From positions 1-64,000 of the IMG/VR virus record IMGVR_UViG_3300022074_000021: DNA of 64,000 nt, one strand, 5' to 3'. The notes under the pieces were generated by a model that did not search any database, had not been told where the DNA came from, and was given only the letters and a program-made list of their open reading frames with translations. A program made the translations under genes and the position numbers. Source of the stretch: a virus. Position 1 is the stretch's first letter. Each line of letters opens with the position of its first letter. Positions 32,151 through 39,821 of this stretch are shown one piece after another.

Positions 32151-33893
32151 ATGGTTAAATTTATTTCTCTATATTTAGCTTTTTCTATAAGCATATTTTC
32201 TGCTGAGATAAATCATAGTTTAAAAATTGATGAAATTATTTCGGCAGATTTAAAGTATAAAAAACTATTAATGCCTAAGAAATCATCAGATGATGTATTT
32301 GTTAGAAGGGCTTTTTTAGATATAGTTGGAAGAATACCAACATATGAAGAAAGTATCGGGTTTAAAAAGTATAATGATAGAGAGAAGTTAGTTGAATATC
32401 TTATAAACTCTCAGGGCTATAATGAGTCGATGTTCAATTTCTATGCTGATACTCTTAGATTGAAGAAAAAACTTAACGGTAACGTCTCCGGTGAGACTTA
32501 TATAACTTGGGTTAGAGAGCAAATTAAAAATAATACTCCTTACAATAAATTAGTTAAAGATATTTTAACAGCCCAAGGTACAATATATACTAATCCAGCC
32601 GTTGGATATTTTCTAAGAGATGAAGGTATGTTACTTGATAATGTATCAAATACCTTTCAAGCATTTGCCGGTATGGATGTCTCTTGTGCTCAATGCCATG
32701 ATCATCCATTTGATGATTGGTCACAGATGGAGTATTATGAAATGAGTGCTTTCTTCACCACTGTTAATACCAGAAGTGATAAAGGTATGCGTAAGGAATA
32801 TCAAAGACTTCGTAAGGAGGCAGAAGCAACAGATAAAGCCAAAGAAACAAAAGGAGCTCTTAATGAGATTGGTCAATTCTGGCAACAAGGAGGATATCGT
32901 AATAAAGTAGATAGTGATCTTAAGAAGGTACTCTCTCTACCACACGACTATAAGTATAAAGATGGTGACCCTGGTGAAGTAGTTAAGGCTGCTACACCGG
33001 TTGGTGATAGAGTTAAAGAAACTCGCAAGAGAAATAAATTACAGCCAAGCTTTGCACAATGGATGGTAAGTGAAGAACACCCTACATTTACTGCTAATAT
33101 TGTTAATAGACTTTGGCATAAAGCATTTGGCTTTGCCTTAATAGATAATCTTAACAATATAGCAGAATATGATGAGCTTCGTGAGAGTCGTAATGATAAG
33201 TTATTATTATATCTGGTTGATGTAATGAAGGAAGTTAATTATGATCTTAAGAAGTTTAACTCTATTTTATATAATACAAAGTTTTATGGGTGTGAAACAG
33301 ACCCAGAAGATAATTTTCAAGGTCCTATTATGAGACGTATGACCGCTGCTCAACTTTGGGATAGCCTTATTACTCTATATACGGGAGACATAGATAAATG
33401 GCAGCCAGAGAATAGAATAGAAAAGTTCCGTTATATGTTTCCGGAAGATCTAGCCACACTTAACTCTATACAAGCGTTAAAAGTATATAAAGATTTTAAA
33501 AGAATTGAGAAAGAATATTATAAAGGAGCCCCTAAAGCAGGTAAGGTCTTTGCAATTAGATCCTCTCATATCTTTGACGGTAGGGCTCGAAACTTTATGT
33601 TAGAGTTTGGAGGATCGGATAGAGAGCTAATTGAAAATGGTAATCAAGAAGCCAATATTATGCAAATTTTGACTCTTATGAACTCTGGTATGACCAAAGA
33701 GTTAATGTCAGTTAAGAGTAGACTTGGTCAGAAACTTTTAGATCTAAAAAGAAAAGAAGCAGTTAATTATGTCTTTCGTTCTTATATTGGTAGATCACCC
33801 TCAAAAGATGAGCAGCAAGCATTTAAAGGAGTTGGATTTTCTGATATTGTTTGGGTGCTTATTAACTCTCACGAATTCAAACTAATTATTTAA
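32151..33893 (+). CDS. DUF1549 + DUF1553 (PSCyt2/PSD1) planctomycete-type cytochrome-c-like exported protein
   Basis: DDVFVRRAFLDIVGRIPT, CAQCHDHPFD (CXXCH), F.ANIVNRLW...FG, RRMTAAQLWDSL and WVLINSHEF. Signal peptide from ATG 32151, which follows TATAAATA at 32138-32145. Confidence 0.9.
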   Translation: MVKFISLYLAFSISIFSAEINHSLKIDEIISADLKYKKLLMPKKSSDDVFVRRAFLDIVGRIPTYEESIGFKKYNDREKLVEYLINSQGYNESMFNFYADTLRLKKKLNGNVSGETYITWVREQIKNNTPYNKLVKDILTAQGTIYTNPAVGYFLRDEGMLLDNVSNTFQAFAGMDVSCAQCHDHPFDDWSQMEYYEMSAFFTTVNTRSDKGMRKEYQRLRKEAEATDKAKETKGALNEIGQFWQQGGYRNKVDSDLKKVLSLPHDYKYKDGDPGEVVKAATPVGDRVKETRKRNKLQPSFAQWMVSEEHPTFTANIVNRLWHKAFGFALIDNLNNIAEYDELRESRNDKLLLYLVDVMKEVNYDLKKFNSILYNTKFYGCETDPEDNFQGPIMRRMTAAQLWDSLITLYTGDIDKWQPENRIEKFRYMFPEDLATLNSIQALKVYKDFKRIEKEYYKGAPKAGKVFAIRSSHIFDGRARNFMLEFGGSDRELIENGNQEANIMQILTLMNSGMTKELMSVKSRLGQKLLDLKRKEAVNYVFRSYIGRSPSKDEQQAFKGVGFSDIVWVLINSHEFKLII

Positions 33894-33894
33894 T

Positions 33895-35094
33895 ATGGAA
33901 AGAAGAACATTTATACAAGCATTAGCAACCAGTACTTACGGAGTTAAAGCATATGCAAACGCACCGGTGCCCGAAAAAGTAAAAGCAAAAAACATTATCT
34001 ATATTTACCTTGATGGTGGTATGAGTCATATTGATACTTTTGATCCGAAAGATGATAAAGAGGTAATGGGTGACACGGAAAAAATTATTACACGAGGAGA
34101 TTTCCAGATAGGAAATAGACTTCCTAAATTAGCAGAAGTAATGAATAAAGCCGTTGTAATACGCTCAACAACGTCTAAGACAGGTGCTCATCAGCAAGCT
34201 CAATATCTCAGCAGAACTTCATATAAACAACTTGGTACTATTACTCACCCATCGTTAGGATCATGGGTGTCGCATATATCGGATAGGGATAAAGCTATTC
34301 CGGATTTTGTTCTTGTTAATGGTATAAGCACCCACCCGGGTTCGGGGTTTCTTCCAAAGAGACAATCACCCTTACCTATTATAGATCCTAAAGATGGTCT
34401 TAAGAACTCCAAGGTTGATGATAAGCTTCAAGAAAGAATGGCTTTACTTAAAGTTATTAATAAAAAGATTAACGCACCTATAGCTGATACTTATAACGAA
34501 TTCTATGATGATACAGTTCGGTTTCTTAAATCTAAAGACTTAGAGTTATTTGATATTAGTAAAGAGCCATCTGCTAAGAGAGAGCGTTATGGTACTTCTC
34601 GGTTAGGTCAAGGATTACTTCTTGCTAAAAGATTAGTTAAAGGAGATATTAAATTTATTGAAGTATCATCTGGTGGTTGGGATACCCATACAGATAACTT
34701 TACAAAGCTTGATGACAGAGTTAAAGAGCTTGATGATGGTGTAAGCGCTCTTGTTGAAGATTTAGAAAGTGAAGGCTTACTTGATTCTACTCTTATTGTT
34801 ATCGCCACAGAGTTTGGACGAACACCAAAGATTAATGTTAATACAGGTCGCGATCACTACCCTAAAGCATACTCAACTGTTTTAATAGGAGCTGGTATTA
34901 AGAGTGGTATGGCTTATGGCGAGACTGATGACACAGCTTCAAAGGTTATAAAAGATGCTGTAACGATATCTGACATTAATGCTACTGTCGCACATTTAGC
35001 CGGACTAGATGTTACTAAAGAATATTCATCTCCGTCTGGACGTCCATTTGAATTAGCTGATAAAGGAAAGGTAATTAAAGATGTGTTGGGGTAG
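33895..35094 (+). CDS. DUF1501 family protein with Tat signal
   Basis: MERRTFI twin-arginine motif; KNIIYIYLDGGMSHIDTFDPK, HPSLGSWVS, GGWDTH, TEFGRTPKIN...GRDHYP. Confidence 0.92.
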   Translation: MERRTFIQALATSTYGVKAYANAPVPEKVKAKNIIYIYLDGGMSHIDTFDPKDDKEVMGDTEKIITRGDFQIGNRLPKLAEVMNKAVVIRSTTSKTGAHQQAQYLSRTSYKQLGTITHPSLGSWVSHISDRDKAIPDFVLVNGISTHPGSGFLPKRQSPLPIIDPKDGLKNSKVDDKLQERMALLKVINKKINAPIADTYNEFYDDTVRFLKSKDLELFDISKEPSAKRERYGTSRLGQGLLLAKRLVKGDIKFIEVSSGGWDTHTDNFTKLDDRVKELDDGVSALVEDLESEGLLDSTLIVIATEFGRTPKINVNTGRDHYPKAYSTVLIGAGIKSGMAYGETDDTASKVIKDAVTISDINATVAHLAGLDVTKEYSSPSGRPFELADKGKVIKDVLG

Positions 35095-35134
35095 TCAATA
35101 CTTGCTTAAAGTGCTAAGAGCTATAAATAAAGGT

Positions 35135-36562
35135 ATGAGCACTAACCCTGAGGCAAGTTGGCCTAAGTTTAAATATTTAGAAGGTGAAATAAGCGGTAAC
35201 CTTACTAAAACCCGTACTATGGGAGTTGATGATACTGGTATTATTCATTCATTAGGTTATAAATCTGATATGCATATTAAAACTGATATTGCAGCAGGTA
35301 CAATAGAGAAGCAAGCAGAAGGATTAAAAGGTTTTATCGGTACTGTTGAAGCATCAGATGGTAATACTTATTACATGCCGGCCTATTCAAGCTCTATTGG
35401 TATTCTCAACAAAAAAACAGGTGAGATAACTACTGTCAAAAAATTTAATATGACTCCGCAGGTACGTTCAGGAGCAGAAGGTGCTAATGGTATTATTTAT
35501 ATGCCATCATATACAAGTACATTAAAAATATATACATATGATACAAAAACTGGGGAAGTAGATTCTTTTACACCCACAAAGAAAGGATCACACGGTCACA
35601 TATGGGGAGCAGCAGCTGATAAGAAAGGTGAAGTATATATGCCCCCAGCGCTTAACAATTACGTAGCTAAAATAGATAAGAATGGTGAATTTAAATATTT
35701 AGATGGTCCTAGAGTTACATCTGGAGTGTCTGGGTTTAATGTAAAATATGTTGGTGCTACCTATGTAGAGTCTGTCGACAAAGTATTTTGCTTACCTCGT
35801 AAAGGTAGTAAAATTTTAATTATAAATTGTGCAGATGATACATATGAAGAAATTGATTTACCGGCTGATTACCTCGCAGTTTCAAATGTTAACAGAAACT
35901 TTCATGGCTACTTAGCTCCTGATGGATGGCTGTATAGTGCTTTTTGGGCTGATACATACTGTTTTAGAATCAACCCAGCAACATATGAAATTCAATGGAA
36001 TAATTATGAAAAGGAATTTGAAGATAGTGGTATTCAGAACAGAGGTACAGGATATTCAACAGCTGCTATTACAATAGGGGATGATGTTTATCTTGGATTA
36101 GCAGGAACAACTAAAGCAGTTAAGCTTGAGTTTGAAAAGCAGTTAGTTATTTCTAATGAAGATGTAGCTCCATCACCTTCAACTACTGCTTGTGGCAGTT
36201 GTCCTTCTTCTTCTGCTACTATATGTGGTAGTTCTCCATCACCAACGCCAACAGCTACTGCATGCGGCAGTTGTCCTTCTTCTTCTGCTACTATATGTGG
36301 TAGTTGCCCATCGTCATCTGCTACTATATGTGGTAGTTGTCCTTCTTCTTCTGCTACTATATGTGGTAGTTGTCCTTCTTCTTCAGCTACTATATGTGGT
36401 AGTTGCCCATCGTCATCTGCTACTATATGTGGTAGTTGCCCATCATCTTCAGCTACTATATGTGGTAGTTGTCCTTCCTCTTCAGCTACTATATGTGGTA
36501 GTTGCCCATCATCTTCAGCTACTATATGTTGCAGCTATAGTTGTTGTAATACTTGTTGCTAA
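35135..36562 (+). CDS. beta-propeller protein with C-terminal Cys-rich CGSCPSSSATI repeats
   Basis: Blades ASDGNTYYMP, GANGIIYMP, ADKKGEVYMP, LAPDGWLYS; nine CGSC motifs and a CCSYSCCNTCC tail. Start moved to ATG 35135 (TATAAATA at 35122-35129). Confidence 0.8.
   Translation: MSTNPEASWPKFKYLEGEISGNLTKTRTMGVDDTGIIHSLGYKSDMHIKTDIAAGTIEKQAEGLKGFIGTVEASDGNTYYMPAYSSSIGILNKKTGEITTVKKFNMTPQVRSGAEGANGIIYMPSYTSTLKIYTYDTKTGEVDSFTPTKKGSHGHIWGAAADKKGEVYMPPALNNYVAKIDKNGEFKYLDGPRVTSGVSGFNVKYVGATYVESVDKVFCLPRKGSKILIINCADDTYEEIDLPADYLAVSNVNRNFHGYLAPDGWLYSAFWADTYCFRINPATYEIQWNNYEKEFEDSGIQNRGTGYSTAAITIGDDVYLGLAGTTKAVKLEFEKQLVISNEDVAPSPSTTACGSCPSSSATICGSSPSPTPTATACGSCPSSSATICGSCPSSSATICGSCPSSSATICGSCPSSSATICGSCPSSSATICGSCPSSSATICGSCPSSSATICGSCPSSSATICCSYSCCNTCC
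36263..36526 (+). repeat. 33-bp coding tandem repeat x8 (CGSCPSSSATI)
   Basis: 264 bp = 8 x 33 with synonymous variation; one extra copy starts at 36191. Confidence 0.95.
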
Positions 36563-36571
36563 ACAAAGAAT

Positions 36572-36603
36572 AAAAAACCGGAGATATATCTCCGGTTTTT
36601 TTT
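36572..36603. terminator. bidirectional intrinsic terminator
   Basis: AAAAAACCGGAGAT-AT-ATCTCCGGTTTTTTTT between convergent genes. Confidence 0.85.
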
Positions 36604-36618
36604 GGTTAAAAATTTAAA

Positions 36619-37098
36619 TTACTTAAGAAGTGGTATGCCTTGAAGCTTAGGTTTTACACCATGGGCAGGACTAGCACCTCCGAAGACAACTTCCTCATCT
36701 TCTTCTTTGTGATCTTCATCATCCTTTTCATCCTCATCATCTGCCTCTTCTTCATCGGATTTTTTACCATGCAATTCATACAGAGTAATTTGAACATCTT
36801 CAGCTAGTACCGCTGCTAATTTACCGTTATGCTCTACATAATACTCTTCAATAATACCTTCACCGTTTAAGCTGTGATGGAGAATTTTCTTAACGCCCTC
36901 AAACTGAGGACCTTCAATATGAGATGCTCAGTCGTGTTCGATATTACCACCCTTGAAAGCAGCTTCTCCATTATCTTCAACCGGATTCGGAGCATCAGCT
37001 GATTCAACGACAACTTTCTCTGCCTGTTGATTCATGGACCCGTACGCTTCAGCAAGCATATCCATATCCTTTTTAAAATTATTATGTTGTTTAGCCAT
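36619..37098 (-). CDS. candidate selenoprotein (159 aa, in-frame UGA at codon 57); not in the ORF track
   Basis: TAAATA-N5-ATG at 37098; 56 codons; TGA at 36930-36928 in ...NIEHD-TGA-ASHIEG...; 102 more open codons to TAA at 36621-36619, then the terminator. A SECIS-like hairpin follows the TGA. Confidence 0.75.
36890..36917 (-). promoter_or_regulatory. bacterial SECIS-like stem-loop
   Basis: mRNA reads UGA-GCAUCUCAUA-UUGA-AG-GUCCUCA-GUU-UGAGGGC-G-UUAA: a 7-bp upper stem, a GUU apical loop 23 nt after UGA, and a 4-bp lower stem. Confidence 0.65.
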
Positions 37099-37128
37099 AT
37101 TATTATTTAGTCTAGATATATAGAAAAC

Positions 37129-37167
37129 AATAGGAAACCCTGAGAATTAATTCTCAGGGCTCCTGTT
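37129..37167 (-). terminator. intrinsic terminator-like hairpin after the beta-barrel gene
   Basis: AGGA..CCCTGAGAATT / AATTCTCAGGG.TCCT palindrome with a T-rich tail on the minus strand. Confidence 0.7.
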
Positions 37168-37191
37168 ATGTATAGTATTATTTATTTATTA

Positions 37192-37899
37192 TTAGAACGA
37201 GCGTGAAAGACCAATTCCACCAACTAGTTCAAATCCATCGTTAGTCCAAATACCCTCACGACCATTAAAAGTATATACACCTTTAACGAACGGTGAAATA
37301 GTAGTATCAAGAATTCGTACTGGGAAATCAGGCAACGTGACTACTGCTTCTACATGAGTAGCTTTAAGGTCCTCAAGAAGATATCCTAGCGTACCGGTTA
37401 CATATACCCCTTGATATACTTCACCAAAGTCTGCTCCGATTTCACCATATGAATCGTTATCACCATCAAGTGCTACAAACTGAGTAACAGAATAATTAAC
37501 AAAGCTCAGGCCAAGACCAAGCTCTGACTTAACATCACCAACTAGATCAGTACCTTCAGAATAGTAGTTAAAAACTGCATTACCGGTTACATCACCAATA
37601 ACTGGAAGACTTAACCCATGTGCAGCTCCTAAGCTAAGCTCAACTTCGTTCTGATCATCATTCTCACTCCATGCAAGATTCGCAAAGGACGGTACTCCGA
37701 GAAAGTCCAAATCAGTTGTTAAATCAAGACGGAAATCATCATCTCCTTGATTTTGACCACGCCAGATATCTTTTGTACTAAATGTGCCGATAGCACCAAA
37801 AGATAGTCCGGTCGCAACACTATTTGCTGAAGCGCTTCCTGCTGAGGCAATACCTACAGCAGCTATCATTGTCAATACGATTGTTTTCATCATTACCAC
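37192..37899 (-). CDS. outer-membrane beta-barrel protein (porin-like, host-derived)
   Basis: Signal peptide (MKTIVLTMIAAVGIASA), a KDIWRG motif, amphipathic beta-strands and a C-terminal ...GIGLSRSF with terminal Phe (BAM signal). Confidence 0.8.
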   Translation of the reverse strand: MVMMKTIVLTMIAAVGIASAGSASANSVATGLSFGAIGTFSTKDIWRGQNQGDDDFRLDLTTDLDFLGVPSFANLAWSENDDQNEVELSLGAAHGLSLPVIGDVTGNAVFNYYSEGTDLVGDVKSELGLGLSFVNYSVTQFVALDGDNDSYGEIGADFGEVYQGVYVTGTLGYLLEDLKATHVEAVVTLPDFPVRILDTTISPFVKGVYTFNGREGIWTNDGFELVGGIGLSRSF

Positions 37900-37901
37900 A
37901 T

Positions 37902-37929
37902 ATTATATGATATACATTCTTAGAATCAA
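37902..37929 (-). promoter_or_regulatory. sigma70-like early promoter
   Basis: TTGATT-N16-TATAAT directly upstream of the beta-barrel gene. Confidence 0.65.
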
Positions 37930-37949
37930 GTATATCTACAAGAAAAATT

Positions 37950-38210
37950 CTACTTTCTCTTTTTCTTCCAACTTTTCCTTGCAGGTCCGCGCTTTTTGTA
38001 CTTTTTATTTTTAATTTTTTTACAAGCTGCATGAGTAGGGCGACATGCTGGATAGGATGCTCCTTTTTTTCCAGCTTTTTTACGACCACAAGGCCCGCCA
38101 GTTTTACAGTTAATCCATCCCTTAAACTTTTTTCCTGTGCGCTTGTCAGTACGCGTTTTGAACCAATCGCGTAAGTTTTCACTTAACAATATTGCTTCTT
38201 TACAAGTCAT
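37950..38210 (-). CDS. small basic Cys-containing phage protein
   Basis: LRDWFK...GWINCKTGGPCGRK...YPACRPT...C; very Lys/Arg-rich; abuts the upstream gene. Confidence 0.75.
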   Translation of the reverse strand: MTCKEAILLSENLRDWFKTRTDKRTGKKFKGWINCKTGGPCGRKKAGKKGASYPACRPTHAACKKIKNKKYKKRGPARKSWKKKRK

Positions 38211-38660
38211 TTATTTAATATTTCCTCCACGATTTACACACTTCTGAACGTATCCTGATGCATAAGCTGAAGGCCATACATCATACTTACGCTTAGCTTT
38301 GGCTTGACATTTAGCACGAGTCTTAGATACTTTCTTTTCAGCGTCCTCCTCAGATTTCTTTTTACCACTCTTCATATTAGCACACCAGTGATACATCTTA
38401 CCTTTCTCACCACCATACTTCTTAGCCCTCTTACGAAGCTCAGTTACAGTGCCTTTGCAACTAGCACCTGCACGCTTAACACGACCCGGGCTGCTCTCTG
38501 CATCCTCTTCATTTTCCTTACTAGCTCTAAGTTTATCTCCTGCACTTTTAGCTGCTTTATAAGCTTTACTACCTTTACGAGCACTCTTGGCACCACGCTT
38601 TTTCTTAGCGTTAATATTGGCCCATAACCCTTCAGTATAAAATTCCTTAAATGTCTTCAT
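38211..38660 (-). CDS. basic internal-head-type protein with capsid-targeting-like N-terminus
   Basis: N-terminal MKTFKEFYTE resembles T4 internal-protein targeting sequences (IPI MKTFKEF, IPIII MKTYQEFIAE); C-terminal KRKYDVWPSAYASG module. Confidence 0.75.
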   Translation of the reverse strand: MKTFKEFYTEGLWANINAKKKRGAKSARKGSKAYKAAKSAGDKLRASKENEEDAESSPGRVKRAGASCKGTVTELRKRAKKYGGEKGKMYHWCANMKSGKKKSEEDAEKKVSKTRAKCQAKAKRKYDVWPSAYASGYVQKCVNRGGNIK

Positions 38661-38661
38661 C

Positions 38662-39813
38662 TTACCACTTCTTGCAACTCCAATAACCTGCAGAAAACTT
38701 ATCTTTTTTCTGGTCGCACTTATGACGTGCTCTGAATGACTTACGACGCTTAGGATTGCTCTTCTTAATCTTCATGTTTGGATCACCATAGCGAACAATT
38801 TTCTCCTTACCATCCTTACATGCCTTAACAACAAACTTCTTAGAGCCCCCAGACGTTCTACGAGGTGAGTTACACTTCATACGATCTTTGTCAACTCTCT
38901 CTGCATCTTCTTCAGCATCTTCACCATGTGTCTTTCTTGATCTACCTGGCTTATTAGGGCGTGTACGTCTATACCGACCTCCTGCACCATCTCTCTTAGC
39001 ATCTACATTACTAGGTTTCCAGTTATTTTGTGAATCATAAGACTTACCTTTTGGAGATTTTGAAGTACTTTCTTCACTCTCTTCTCCCATTGTTACATAT
39101 CGATTATATAGTTGATCGAATGTCTCTTCGGATTCTTCTCTACTAAGAGCTTCTAGTCTCTCATCTAAAGCATTAAGTTCAATTCTTAGTTCATCGATAT
39201 CAACATCCCTACCTTGCTCTGCTGCAGATACTTTAGAAGCAAAACGCATGAAGTGATCAGCAAGAGATTCTGACGCCTCAGCATCTTCACCACTATAAGC
39301 ATCTTTAACAAAGTCGATACCTTTACTCACATCACCACCGGTCATGAAATCGGCAAAAGCCAAAGCAGACTTACCGGCTAACTTAGCAGTACCCTTAATA
39401 GCTTTCTTAGCTACTTTCTTAGCTGTTTCACTATCCTCATCACGAAGACGTTTAATCATTCTGACATCGTCTTTATCAATATCCCCTTTATCATATGCAG
39501 CGTCTACTTTATCTTCTTCTTTTGAGTCGGGACCCATAGCTCTACCGGCTCGGTCAACTTTTTCTCCCCGCTCTGCTGCACCAAGTATAGCAGCTACACT
39601 TTTAGGTTTACCTTTTGGAAAAAGAGTGAATTCACCATCCTCATTAGGATTCACATAAGTGGGGTCGGAACGATACTTAGGCCCTCCACGACCGTCAGCA
39701 TCAGCATCTCCAGACTGAAGTCTACCTGCCTTATCATAATGCTTACCTTTCGGAGCTTCTTTAGCTTCCGTATAAATATCTTGTATGTCTTTAAAGAGCT
39801 CGTCAAACTTCAT
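38662..39813 (-). CDS. modular charged late protein (internal-head candidate)
   Basis: TAAATA-N5-ATG; MKFDELF...YTE leader; C-terminal KIVRYGDPNM...RRKSFRARHKC...YWSCKKW module. Confidence 0.75.
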   Translation of the reverse strand: MKFDELFKDIQDIYTEAKEAPKGKHYDKAGRLQSGDADADGRGGPKYRSDPTYVNPNEDGEFTLFPKGKPKSVAAILGAAERGEKVDRAGRAMGPDSKEEDKVDAAYDKGDIDKDDVRMIKRLRDEDSETAKKVAKKAIKGTAKLAGKSALAFADFMTGGDVSKGIDFVKDAYSGEDAEASESLADHFMRFASKVSAAEQGRDVDIDELRIELNALDERLEALSREESEETFDQLYNRYVTMGEESEESTSKSPKGKSYDSQNNWKPSNVDAKRDGAGGRYRRTRPNKPGRSRKTHGEDAEEDAERVDKDRMKCNSPRRTSGGSKKFVVKACKDGKEKIVRYGDPNMKIKKSNPKRRKSFRARHKCDQKKDKFSAGYWSCKKW

Positions 39814-39821
39814 ACGTATAT

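Noticed and set aside
36192-36617. 141-aa alternative-frame ORF (VVVLLLLLLY repeats)
   Set aside because: It is a frame-shifted reading of the 33-bp Cys repeat and runs through the terminator; synonymous variation preserves the CGSC frame, not this one.
36928-36930. Genome-wide UGA=Trp (code 4) or other stop reassignment as the explanation for the in-frame TGA
   Set aside because: Conserved genes are full length in code 11, TGG encodes Trp throughout, and TGA ends several genes with ATGA overlaps.
32133-37899. Host chromosomal contamination or a prophage boundary at the PVC-like genes
   Set aside because: The genes carry phage late promoters, share the AT-rich codon style and are flanked by phage genes; no integrase or att site was seen.
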